DNA from: Raja brachyura | Lineage: Eukaryota | Direction: 5' to 3' | Assembly: GCA_963514005.1 (NCBI GenBank) | Contig: OY740793.1 | Coordinates: 21,142,001-21,206,000 of the forward strand | Length of the DNA stretch: 64,000 nt | Part shown: one piece after another, positions 9,850 to 22,700 of the stretch | Numbering within the stretch: position 1 is the stretch's first letter | Layout of the letters: each line of letters begins with the position of its first letter | Program-made: the position numbers and the translations under genes | The notes under the pieces: generated by a model | The model's database searches: none | What the model was told of the DNA's origin: nothing | The model's input: only the letters and a program-made list of their open reading frames with translations

Positions 9850-11693
9850 GGTCGGGGGTAGGTTGCAATTGTTCTATGATACATGGTGCTGCATAACATC
9901 AGATCTATTCATACTGGACTGTATCCGGGGGTCTCGAATGGGGTTTATCTCGGATGTACATCCACCTGTACAAAATACACCTAGTCGGGTATTGGGTTTT
10001 CAATACCAGAAACTCTACAGGTGAATGATGAATTTGGAATATTATTCCAAAAAAGGGGTAATGAAAAGGACGGCATATCAGCCTGAACAATGTGTGTCCA
10101 ATATTCCCCAGGCAAAAGAACAATGGTCGAGTCATTCTGGACCTAACCAGACTTAACTCTTAGGTCCAGTATAAACATTTCTTAATGGAAACTTTCAGTG
10201 CTGCTAAGCAACTGGTATCAAAAGGGTGTTATATGGCAACCACCTTTCTGGAAGATGCATATTATTCAGTGCCAATACCGTAGATACTTGAAATTACGTT
10301 GGATGAGACAGCTGTGGAAATTTAAAGTTTTGCCCATGGGTTAACCTTAGCACTAGGTTATTTACAAAATTGTTGAAACCAGTATCAGGGCTACTCTGTG
10401 CTCAGAATCGCATTGTAATGGCATATTAGGATGATGTTTCTGATCATAGGTAAAGCTCAGGATGCAACTGAGGAATTGGGTTCAGTTACCAAACACCTGT
10501 TTAAGAGGTTAGGCTCCTCACCCATCTAATTAAATCCAAATTAGTACCATCTAGAATGATTGACTATTTGGGGCTCATCATTGATTTAACTAACATGTCA
10601 GTTACTTTGCCTATGGCCAAAACTGTAAATTATGAAGGCCTGTAGGAATCTAGTTGATGAACAACAACCCTCCATCTAATGAGAAACCAGTGTTATTGGT
10701 AAATTAGTGGCGGGTTTTCCCTGCAGTACAGTTTGGACGTCTGCACTATCAGAATGTGCAACGAGCTAAACAACAAGCACTGAAAGAACATGCATTTCAA
10801 TAGACCAATGCAGTTGTCAGCCGAAGCTATCGCTGAGTTGCAATGGTGGATAACTAATGTCTCACGATGTACTAGAGACATTCTGACTTAATAACGTTCA
10901 GTTTACAAACTGATGTGAGTGCTTTGGGATGGGGAGCCACTGATACCGAGTCTAGCTGTGGCGGCAGATGGAATGTGGAAGAGGCATTAATCCAGCAGAG
11001 GCATGGGATGAACTACGTAGAATTGCTGGGTGCATTCTATGGCCTAAAAGCATTCTGTTCAACAATGCATGATTTGCATGTGCAGCATCAAATTGACAAT
11101 ACCACAGCTGTTGCATATCAATCATATGGGTGGAATTAGGTCATTATTTTGTGACAATCTGGCTAACCTCATCTGGCACTGGTACATTACGAGAAACATC
11201 TGTGTCTCAGATATCTACCTACCAGGTAGAGATAACGTGAAAGTGGCAGACACCAGGTCACGTAAATTCAATGACAACACAGAATGGATGCTGAATCCAA
11301 AAGTTTTCAAAATGATTGGCAGCCGGTATGGATTGCTAGACGTAGGTCTGTTGCATCCAGGTTAAATCACCAGTTACCTAAATATGTCTCATGGGAACCA
11401 GATCCAGGGGCAGTAGCAGTGGATGCATTCTCGCTACATTGGGGACGTACGTTTTTACTCTATTCCCCCATTCTGCCTCATCAGTCAATGTCACACAAAA
11501 TAGAGCTCAACTACGCTTTAGGCGTTTGGTAGTTCCTAACTGGTCCACACAGCCATGGTTCACATTGGTTCTAAGACTGATGACACAGCCATTCATGACT
11601 ATCCCCAAATGCAGCAACTTGTTGTTTCACCCTGGGACAGGAGAGAGTCACCTTTTACATGATCGTATTAATCTGTTGATTTGTATCTTCTGA
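9850..11693 (+). pseudogene. DIRS pol (RT-RNase H-methyltransferase-like), disrupted
   Basis: ORF fragments 10915-11139, 11069-11365, 11284-11532 and 11391-11693 carry successive DIRS RH/MT motifs in shifting frames. Confidence 0.85.
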
Positions 11694-12610
11694 CCAGACT
11701 GTTCCAGGGACTTGGACTATCGAGTAGGACCGTGGATGTGATTATGGTGGCCTGGAGTGATAGTACTAAAAAACGATATGTATCTCATATTAAGAAATGG
11801 GAGATGTTCTGTTTACAGTCTCATATATCTTATCATACTGCAGGCATACCGGATGTATTGGAGTTCCTTGCTACATTGCATTTTGACGAGCAATTAAGCT
11901 ATAGTGTCATTAATAGTGCTCGAAGTGCTTTGTCCTCCTATTTAGGGCAAGGGTCCGGCCAACACTCTGTCGGATCTCATCTATTGGTGGCCTGATTCCT
12001 GATTCATTTTTTAACAAAAACCCACCCAGACCTAGATATACGAAAATCTGGGATGTGAGCATAGTTCTCACACTGCTTCGGCAATGGGCTCCAATTACAT
12101 CTCTGCCTTTCCAGAAGTTAACGCTCAAAGTGGTCATGTTCATGGTGCTAGTGTCAGCGCAACGGGTCAAGATATTGCAAAAGTTACGACTGGACAGCAT
12201 GCATTCTTCTCTAGATAATATTAGGTTTTATGTATATGATCTAATCAAACAAAGCAGGCCAGGGATGGCTGGAACCAAAATAAGCTTAAAGTATACCCCA
12301 TTGACCTGAGACTATGTGTAGTTACGCACCTGAGTCAATATATCAAGGTCATCCAGAGTCTCAGAGGCTCTGAAACAGCGATGCTCATCAGCCACAAAAA
12401 ACCTCATACAAAGGTGTCAGTACAAACTATTTCTAGATGGCCAAAACAGGTTTGGATTAAGCTGGAGTAGACACTGATGTGTTTAAATCTCACTCTACCA
12501 GGGCGGCATCAACGTACACAGCAAAGGCGCAGGACGTGCCTTGAGACCAAATCCTCACTGCAGGATGGTCCAGTGAAGGAACCTTTTTCAAGATTTATGA
12601 TAAACCTGTC
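11681..12610 (+). pseudogene. DIRS tyrosine recombinase, disrupted
   Basis: STKKRYVSHIKKW, YSVINSARSALSS, KLTLKVV..LVSAQR, HSTRAAS (~12490) and GWSSEGTFSRFYDKP (~12565): R..H-x-x-R..W..Y catalytic signature. Confidence 0.88.
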
Positions 12611-12864
12611 CTTGCAATGGAAGGATTTGGGCATGCTGTTTTGGGTTCTGTTTGAGTTCTCCTTTGTAATTTCCCCTGCGAAAGAGGGGTTATTACAGTT
12701 CTTTTATTGTTTAAGACGTTCATTGCATAATTTAAACAATGTTCAATACATTATTTGTTTATCCTGTGTCAACCGAAGCAGTGTGTCGTATGGAACTGTA
12801 TCTATGGCATGAAATCACAGAGCTTTGAAATCTTCACGGAATCACTTACGTGACTCCGAAGTAA

Positions 12865-13167
12865 AATAGTAAGATTAAATGAGAACCTACCAGTTTGAAG
12901 TTTGATCTTTATTTTATGGCGAGTTACGGTGAGCGATTACATGCCCTCCGCTCCCGGCCCTCATAATCGCAAAGATCATCTGGTAGTTCTAGACTTCTGA
13001 GTCTTAATATATCACTTCGACTGTAGTTACTGTGATTTCACGCCGCTGCTTTGAAGATTGACACGCAGGCGCTCTGGCGGGGCTTCTGCACGTAATCGCT
13101 CACCGTAACTCCTCATAAAATAAAGATCAAACTTCAAACTGGTAAGTTCTCATTTAATCTTACTATT
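12865..13167. repeat. DIRS internal complementary region (12865-12944) inverted against the 3' terminus (13088-13167)
   Basis: 80-bp inverted repeat with 4 mismatches. Also 8333-8351 is inverted to 13059-13077 (ITR remnant) and 12806-12820 is inverted to 13030-13044. Confidence 0.9.
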
Positions 13168-13199
13168 ATTCAACTCTACTCTATTTTGCTGGAATGATC

Positions 13200-14420
13200 A
13201 AGGTGCCAAAGCAGAACATATACAACAGTACAGCACAGGAACAGGCCCTTCTGCCCATGATGTCTATGCCAAACATGACGCCAAACTAACCCAGGCAACA
13301 TCCTGAGAAATGTCGCTTGCATCCCCTCCAAAACCTTCACAGCCTTCCTGTAACATGACTTCCTGGTTCTTATCCCAATACCCTGATTGATGAAAGTAGG
13401 CACATAATATGCCATATTTACCACTCTATTTGTGTTGCCTCTTTTCGGGAGCTATGGACTTGGACGCCAAGATCCTTTTTTATATCAATGCTATTAATGG
13501 TCCTGCCATTACTTTGCCCTTACGTTTTGTCTCCCAGAATGGAAACCTCACATTATTCCAGATTCAATACCATCAACCATTTCTCTGCCCATATTCATAA
13601 CTGATCCACATTCAGCATATCCTTTGACAGCCATTTTGATTGTCCACAGCTCCATCATATTTTTGTGTCTTCTGCAAACTTACTACCCACCCATCGTCCA
13701 AGTAATTTATGTATATATATATATCACAACGGTGGTCCCAACACTGATCACTTGCAGCACACCACTCATCAAGACCTCCAGCCAGAATGACACCCTTCCA
13801 CCACTACCCTCTATCTTCTACCCTCTGGATAAGTAACTTTACTAAGGTCCCTATAGATAACACCCACTGTCCTACCCTCATTAAGGGCATTTGTCACCTC
13901 CTCAAAATAATCACATAAAGATGTAAGACATAACCAGCCGCACACCAAACTGTCCCTAATTAGCCCACTCGCTTCAAAATTCCCCAATTATGGTGAGGGA
14001 AAATACAAACATTGGTGTCAAGACCCCAACAATCACCTCTCTCAGTAAATCCCATCAGGCCCTGGGACATACTCTTCAAGATACCGAACACCATCTTTTT
14101 TGTGATTTCAAAATACTCTGGCATATTAGAATACCCCACACTGATCTCCATGCCTTTTTCCTTGGTGAATACAGATGGGAATTATTCATTTAGTATCTCC
14201 CCTACACCCCCTACATCCTACAGCATTAATTCCCATCCTTTATCTGCCAGTGGTCCTACCCTCTTGTTAGTTACTCTCTCGTTTTAAGCTTATGTATAAA
14301 ATGTCCTGGGATTCTCTTTGATCCGACTAGTCAATAGTATTTCATGGACCCTTCCGGCCTTCCTTATTCCTTGCATTTTGTTCTTATATTCCTCAAAGGC
14401 TCGAAAACCTTATATATGCC
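13200..14420 (-). mobile_element. Old CR1-type LINE fragment
   Basis: 3' end ..GGGCAGAAGGGCCTGTTCCTGTGCTGTAC on - (tail shared with HE1-type SINEs); decayed RT-like stretches. Confidence 0.6.
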
Positions 14421-15857
14421 TTCACCAGATAGACTCATTCTTGGGGGCAAATGAGGGACACAGGTGAGGAGACAAAAGGACAACAAATGGCAATGAATAG
14501 AATTGTTAATGAGAGATGTCGAGTAAATAGCTGGAAGTCCAGAAGTGATCTAAGAATGCATTTTGTTGTCCATGCAGAATAGCATGAAGCATATGAACAT
14601 TTGTTTTTGACCATTTTTGTGCACTATTGACACAATTTCAAGGTAAAGAAAAAATGGAATAGAAAATCATGAACTGTCTGTGTGGATTTACATGTCAATG
14701 TTCACAAACCATTCATCTAGAAGGAGGCCTTCACAACATCTATCAAACATGCTTCAGCAGGACTTAAACCATATCCACTACCCCAAGTTTGTGAGCATCA
14801 AACACTACCTCCAAGAATTCATCACCAAGCCTTCAACCATAATTTTCCTATCAACGACGGAACTCTTCCCGACTTAATAGATTTCCCCCCTTAACTACAG
14901 ATCTTCATTTTCCAATTACTCAGCTTCTCCCAATTCCAAATTCATCAATCTCTATCCAGCCCCAGTAGCTATCCATCTCCCAGTCTCTCTACCTCTCCAA
15001 ACCACAGCCAATCTTTGTTTGGTACATCCACTTTTAGTCTTCTGATTCTTGATTCTCACCTGGGCTGCTCCCTCACAAATCTCTGGCCTCAAACCCACCT
15101 CGATTATTTACCATATTTTGCGGGTAAGGGCCATTTAGCAACCTACAATAACTTGTACCTCAGGAGATACTACCCTTCTCAATTTCAAGTTCACAAGCAA
15201 ACACATACCAACTGGCTAATGTACCTTCACAGTTGTAGGCTACAATACCATGAGCATTGAACAACATAGATTGGACAACCATGCAGAAAAGGCAAGTAAT
15301 TTTAATGGGGGATGTTAACATTAATGTAGATTGACATAAATAGACTCAACCCTACGAGAAAGATAATGAATTATCTGTTCAGGATGGATCTTCTACACCA
15401 ACATGCCATTGAACCAATAACAGAGCAGGCTCTATCAGATTTCATAATGACCCAGATATGGTTAAAAACCTAATGATGCGTGAACATCTGTGTAATGGGG
15501 ACTGTAAAATGATTGAAATCAGAGGCGTTTGAAAAGGAGTTGTGTGACACAGTGATTAATATTCCAGATTTAGGCAAGGTTCACTTTAATATGATGAGAC
15601 ATAAACATAGTCCACAATCAACTGAACAAATAGTGTTCTGATGTAGGGTTTCTTGACCAGAAATATTAACTCTGTGTCTCTTCCCAAAGATACTGCATGA
15701 ATCAACGTGAATATTTCAAGCTTTTTCTGGTTATATTTCAATTTCGTAATTATATTGTAGTAAAGAGAGTAGTTGGTAGCTAGATTCAGAATGTAGAAAT
15801 GGATGCTGGGAAATTTTCACAGAGCCTCTCTTTGGAATACTACATCATCATTGTGAC

Positions 15858-16195
15858 CAAAGGTCCTATAGCGAGCAAGATAGTCCACTCGACGGGAATG
15901 ACGTAGTACAGTCATGGGCAGATTCATGGGTAATTCCGGCCCCATTTCCGTAACCGGCTTCCGTCCCCGCACCAAAGATCCCATAGCGGAGCAAAGATAC
16001 TAGTGCAGAGACGAAGCCAGTTACGGAAACATCCTCGTAAAAATCAAAGTTCTTCGGTAAAAATCTTCTCCTCAAAGTCGGGTCGGGATTACTGAATGGC
16101 CAAAGAAATGACCGACGTTCTGCTCCGTTGCGTACTACACGTCAGCCCATTGGATTTAGCAGGAGTGGACTATCTTGCTCGCTATAGGATCTTTG
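15858..16195. mobile_element. hAT-type MITE
   Basis: 33-bp TIR CAAAGGTCCTATAGCGAGCAAGATAGTCCACTC / GAGTGGACTATCTTGCTCGCTATAGGATCTTTG; 8-bp TSD ATTGTGAC (15850-57, 16196-203). Confidence 0.85.
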
Positions 16196-17620
16196 ATTGT
16201 GACTACCTCTGGATCAGGTGCTAAAATTGGCTGCAAGTGTTTTTTTCATTGCAAACACAGGTTCTAATGGGAGCAGTCCCGAGCTATCATGGGATTGTGC
16301 AGATGCTGGTGCATGCTTCATGGTGGCTGTCCAGTTTCAACCTGCAGCTGCACTGTAATTTCGAAGCTGCGCGGTTCTCAAGGTACCGCTGGCGTTACTT
16401 TGAAGCACAGCAGGCCGCAACAATGAGTGGGCTGCAGACAGCAAGAGCTAAAGCCTTATCTATGAACAGCCCTTATGCCCTTTGGCAGTTTCTACGCTCT
16501 GAAGCATTTCACTGCTTCCATATGCCTCTGATGACCAGAGAAATGCTGGAAATTAACTAATTGAAAAGGACATTAGCATTTAATAAACTTTACACCACAG
16601 GGAGCAATTGTTAATTAAGAACATAAATATACTGGAAAGTTTAAGAAAAATAAACAAAACCTGTAAATTTCCCATTGAAATGAAGACCAGTGACTCTATT
16701 CAAATGACAGGCACCAAGCTAGCATCACCAGTAATGCTGGCATAAAACCGAGGGGGCAGATGATGCAAACATTGAGTCTGAGGGATAAGAAATGTGTTTA
16801 TTTGACTTCCAGCCTCCACACTCCAGTGCACAGGCATGGAAATGCAGAGCTATTCCGCACTCTAGAGCTAATTGATGGTTTTCTGTAGATCATTCCAATA
16901 GTTACCAGTGCCCCTGGGGCAGAGAGGTCTTTGATGACATGCAATACCATCAAGGTAAAATGTGTAGGTTAACCCATGTTCGAAGGAGTAATGCCAGAAG
17001 AAATATGACATCATTAGATATGTAAAGGTGACCCCAACAACACAATGTAGATGCAAACACACAGTCACACAACATAATATGTTGCCCTTACAATTTCAGA
17101 TAAATATAAGGCCTACAAATGTATAATAAAAAAGGTTATTTCATTCATAACCTCCATTAAGGCAGTTGCTCTCTACACAAAGCCAATCTGATGGGAGGGA
17201 CCACTCTAAGGGACCATACCTTACCAAATTGGAGAAGGTCCTGATCCTGAAGGGCAGAGAAAGAACATTAGGTACCCAGTAAATAGGTTCTAGTGTTAAA
17301 TTGTCCCAAATACTCTTTGCTAGTTTGCACACATGCTGCTTTCTTTTGGGCGTGTTTGGGCAGTCTCCAGATTTGAAGGAACATCATTTGCAGAGAAGTG
17401 GGAAAGAGTGTGGAAATGGATGAGGAAGAATACATTGACTTGATGGACGTGCCTTCCTGCTTCGTAACAACCTTTTACAAGTCTGCTTGAAAGATTACAG
17501 AGAGCATGAAACTCACAGTAAGTCCATGCTTTTCCGTTGCAAATGATGCATTGAAATTTCATCACAAAACACAAAAAATCTTGCACCTTTCAATTGCTAA
17601 ACATAACTAAAAAGGAAGAT

Positions 17621-17699
17621 AATTTTACTCCTGAAATGTTTTTGTCTTATTACAATGACAATTTTACTCCTGAAATTGTTTTGTCTTATTACAATGACA
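17621..17699. repeat. 39-bp direct tandem repeat x2
   Basis: AATTTTACTCCTGAAAT(G/T)(T/G)TTTTGTCTTATTACAATGAC twice. Confidence 0.9.
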
Positions 17700-18509
17700 G
17701 GGCAATACATTTCTTTTGATAACCAACAATACATCATAATTATATTGAGATTCTTCTGCACTGCTAAAACAGGACTGAAATCCATTTTAACAAAGGCCCG
17801 GTGGATCCAACATTCCTGCAAAATCAAGTTAAAAGTTGTACCCCCATAAAATTTCAGGAAGAGGATATTAATAGATAATACCTCCTCACTCCTGTACGAA
17901 TGTTTTTGAAAAGGTGTTCAGATTGTGAACACTCTAAACCAAGCAATTATTGCCTTAATGTGGCATGCACACTTGCCATGGCAAAGTATACACACACCTT
18001 TTTCAGGTAACAGCAGTGCCATCTGGAGACCATCAGCACCATGTTGATACTGAAAATCTCCAAAAGAAATATCTGTGCCTCTTCCTCACTTTGTGAGTGA
18101 TAATGTGAGAAGGGATCTTTAATTCACCTACTGCAACAAAACAACTTATTAGTTCCTTTTCACTATGCCGCAGTGCCCTCTTGTGTTCAAGTAATCTTTA
18201 CATCAACCACTTGCAAGAAGAACTGTCTGTCCTTAAAATCCTGAAATAAAACCGTAATACCAGACATAGGAATAGAATTATGCCACGCAACCTAACAAAT
18301 CTATTCCGCCTTTCAATTACGGCTAATATATTTTCCCCTCTCAACCCTATTCTCCTATCTTCTTCCTGTAATCTTGGATGATCAAGAACCTATCAATCTC
18401 TGCCTTAAAAATACCCAGTGTCTTGGACACCACAGCTGTCTATGGCAATGAATAATAACAACTGAGGCCAGTTCATTTTTCTATTTTGTGATGTGACCAA
18501 ATAATAGTT

Positions 18510-18710
18510 GAAGGTAGACAAAAATGCTGGAGAAACTCAGTGGGTGAGGCAGCATCTATGGAGCAAAGGAAAAATGCAACATTTCGGGTCATGACCTTTC
18601 TTCAGACTGATGTGGTGGGGGGGGGGGGCGGGAAGAAGAAAGGAAGAGGCAGAGACAGTGGGCTCTGGGAGAGCTGGGAAGGGGAGGGGAAAGAGGGAGA
18701 GAGCAGTGAC
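18510..18710 (-). mobile_element. Penelope pLTR fragment
   Basis: Minus strand TCAGTCTGAAGAAAGGTCATGACCCGAAATG..ATAGATGCTGCCTCACCC. Confidence 0.8.
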
Positions 18711-18792
18711 AATAATTGAACACATGTTTCTCCCCTCAGATAGATCAAATAAATCTGATGTCTCAATGTTCCTTATAAATGATTTTGTCCTC

Positions 18793-19790
18793 AAACATAG
18801 AAACATAGAAACATAGAAATTAGGTGCAGGAGTAGACCATTCGGCCCTTCGAGCCTGCACCGCCATTCAATATGATCATGGCTGATCATCCAACTCAGTA
18901 TCCCGTACCTGCCTTCTCTCCATACCCTCTGATCCCCTTAGCCACAAGGGCCACATCTAACTCCCTCTTAAATATAGCCAATGAACTGGCCTCAACTACC
19001 CTCTGTGGCAGAGAGTTCCAGAGACCCACCACTCTGTGTGTGAAAAAAGTCCTTCTCATCTCGATTTCCCCCTTATCCTTAAGCTGTGACCCCTTGTCCT
19101 GGACCTCCCCAACATCGGGACCAATCTTCCTGCATCTAGCCTGTCCAACCCCTTAAGAATTTTGTAAGTTTCTATAAGATCCCCTCTCAATCTCCTAAAT
19201 TCTAGAGAGTATAAACTGAGTCTATCCAGTCTTTCATCATAAGACAGTCCTGACATCCCAGGAATCAGTCTGGTGAACCTTCTCTGCATTCCCTCTATGG
19301 CAATAATGTCCTTCCTCAGATTTGGAGACCAGAACTGTACGCAATACTCCAGGTGTGGTCTCACCAAGACCCTATACATCTGAAGTAGAACCTCCCTGCT
19401 CCTATACTCAAATCCTTTTGCTATGGAAGCTAACATACCAATCGCTTTCTTCACTGCCTGCTGCACCTGCATGCCTACTTTCAATGACTGGTGTACCATG
19501 ACACCCAGGTCGCGCTGCATCTCCTCTTTTCCTAATCGGCCACCATTTAGATAATAGTCTGCTTTCCTGTTTTTGCCACCAAAGTGGATAACCTCACATT
19601 TATCCACATTATACTGCATCTGCCAAACATTTGCCCACTCACCCAGCCTATCCAAGTCACCTTGCAATCTCCTAGCATCCTCCTCACAGCTAACACTGCC
19701 CCTAGCTTAGTGTCATCCGCAAACTTGGAGATATTGCCTTCAATTCCCTCATCCAGATCATTAATGTATAGTGTAAATAGCTGGGATCTA
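18793..19790 (-). mobile_element. CR1 LINE 3' fragment
   Basis: RT C-terminus (FADDTKLG; [13 protein letters not shown]; RTRGHSL); (ATGTTTCT)n tail. Confidence 0.92.
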
Positions 19791-22700
19791 TTCAAAAACT
19801 CAAGAAGATATGATTTTCTATACAGCCGTCCTCTGCTATCTGTAATTCACTGAATTGGTTGCAGAACAACTCTATTCTGACAGTCCAATCCTAATGTGCT
19901 AACATTCTAAATCTTATCTCCAAATGTTACCCTCTTTTCCTAATATTCCATTCAGTTGCCACTCATTATACCAAGCATTAGAACCAGGACTAAATCTTTA
20001 TGCAATATGAACCTAATCTCTAACCTGTTACTTTACCTCAGTTGCAGTAGCTTCACCCAATGTGGGAAATAGGGCAGAGGGAACTAGGCTTCCACTCCTG
20101 GTCACCAACCGATGATTCCCCACACTACTCATGTGTGGTCATTTGATCAGATGAAGATAAAGCTTAACCCCAATGCCCCCTCCTTCGTCAAATATATTCA
20201 CAGTTTGGATACTTGTCCAATTTTGGCAGGACAACCGTAGTTCTCTGGTTCTCAAACCAGAGAACTATATCTCAGCATGAACCAAGAGAGGAGTTGGGAA
20301 GGACTAAATCTCCTACAAAACTTGGCATGGAAAGTATTTGTGAAAATATTGTTCAACGCTGTCCCCTTTTTTCTGTATACAGATTTCATACAAACTTGAT
20401 TCTTAGAGTTAATTCTGATAGAACAATTTCTATGACTGTTCATTGTTAATGTATTTTCTGTTTTGCTGTGTTGCTATCCTCTGTGGATATCTTGCTCTTG
20501 TCATTTATTATAAATACTTTAATTGCTCTCCCTCTGGATGATAGTATTTTTTGGGTGGATCTATCTATTCACCAACCTTTCCAACCATTGCTTACATCTG
20601 TCCTCCATCCTCCAGGATTAACTTTCATGATATTCATTTTCACAACATATTTAGGAGATTTGGCAATATCCCAGTTTGATACCTTTCAATGTATCAATAG
20701 CACACAAACTATTTTGCCTAGTTCTGTTTCTTAATTGTTTTCAGGAATTTGTTTAACAAGAAAAAGAGTTATTTCCATAATTTTAATCTTTCTACTAATA
20801 TACCAGCACTGAAATCTTGGTATGCTTGGTACAATTTGCATTGGAGCTTTCTTAAGAAGTTTGGTTGCAAACTTTTTTTTATTAATCCCACTATTCAAAA
20901 GTTTATTATTACCTTGCCACAGCACAAGGACACAAAAGGCTGCAATTTCAACACACACAGCAAGTCCAGTTAATATATTTATGAACGGTACGCCGTGTAA
21001 CCCAAGAGAGTGTTTTTACTGAGTAGTGTGATCATTCCATTAGGAATGCAGCAACGGTTGTGATCTCCTTTCCTGTTGTACTTTGCTTGTGACTGGAGGG
21101 AGGATGTCTGTTTCTTAATGTTTCTCTTGTTCCTTTATGTGCCTTTGACACTGTTAAACCCGGCTTCTAAATCATTTAATTAATGTCAAAGATTAGGTGC
21201 TGACTGTTTAATACTGAACCTCTTTATTCAAGCTGAATGTTGAATGATGCATGATTCATTTGTTAATGCTCCTCGAGGTTAGCAGTCAGTGAATTACCAC
21301 CAGTAACACAGAGCAAATTCTGCAATATCACAGGCCAAAACAAATGGATTCATTATGCACCAGTTTGGATAAAAGAACAATTGACTCAAAATCCATTCCC
21401 GTTGGTAGCACTAAATGCACTACGTAATAACAGCTCTGCGGTTTACTCAGCTTACAAAATTATTTCCCAGGGAACCAAAAATAAATTGCTTGAGAAACCT
21501 GGTGGGCCAAGCATCAACTGTGGAGGCAAAAGGGATGAGTAAACACTTTGGGTTAATACTCTGCATTAAAACCGTACAGGGCCTTGAGCCGAAACACCAA
21601 TACACTTTTTTGCCGGCACAGATGCTGCTTAACCTGCTGAGTTCTTCATGTGTTCTGTTTTTTGTTCCACATTTCAACATCTGCAGTTTCTTTTGTCTTC
21701 TTTCTCATTGAGCTTGTGGTACATTCAGTAGTAACAGTGGGAGGTGAATTTAACTTCTCCCTGTCACTTCCTATAGCAAACTCCTTCTTTCCCTAATACT
21801 AATTGTGCTTCATCTCCTACCCCACAGCCCCACCACTAGTGACTGTACTTTCTGTAGTCTTGGATCCATATTTGGAATTACCTCCATTAGCCTATCTGCC
21901 TCTCAACATCTCTTCTTCTTTAAGATCTTCCTTAAAATGCATCTCTTTGACCAAGCATCTGATGAACCTTCCAAATAGTCCTGCTTTTCCTCATGATCTA
22001 ATGTTCAATTACTCCTCTATGAAGAACTATGGGGTTTTCTTTTGTTAAAGATGTTGCGTCAATACAATTTCTTGGTATGATATTCCAAACTAAGCATAGT
22101 CATGAAGAGAGGCAGGATTTACAAGCATCTCAAATATGATGTGATCGTACAATAATTCTAGTTGAAAATAGCTACTCAGAACATTTTACTCCCTCTACCC
22201 ACATAAATCATCCATATTAATAAATGGTTATTTTTGACAAATTCCACAAATATCACCTCTTTGGAATTGATTCCTTCCGTGACCGTACTTCATGTGAAGA
22301 ACCTCCTGACCACAATCTACACTTATGTTTTATTAACCAGCATCTCTTCTACTCGAGCAACAATTTTTAAATCACATGTCTCGCAATATTTTGTATTAAA
22401 AGAATTCTGTTCATTGCTTACCTTTTACATGCCTTTGGCTATCATATAAAGCCACCTTCTTCAGAATGTCTTCATTGCTAGGTTGTTTGATATCGGAGAT
22501 CAGCTTCAATGTTTGCATAGACCTCAAGGATTACATATGTTTCAGTAACCAAAAGCAAACTTGTCTCCAACAAATAGGGGAATTATACATTCAATGACAA
22601 TACCACCATGATCAACTCCACCTCCTTTGGGTCACCATTGAACAGAAGCACAACAAGATTAACCTCTCTTGTTCCACTGCTGGAGCTACTAGAGTGGCTT

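Larger units (their letters stand above)
8333..13167 (+). mobile_element. DIRS-type tyrosine-recombinase retrotransposon, degenerate, left terminus truncated
   Basis: Frameshifted gag-like region (~8800-9600), RT (VGGRLQLFYDTW at ~9850; decayed YLDD at ~10420), RNase H (TDVSALGWGA, NYVELLGA, IDNTTAVAY, YLPGRDN..AD), Dam-like MT (ASRLNHQLPKYVSWEPDP..DAF; VVPNWSTQPWF) and YR (11681-12600). ICR/terminal inverted repeats are present. Confidence 0.93.
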
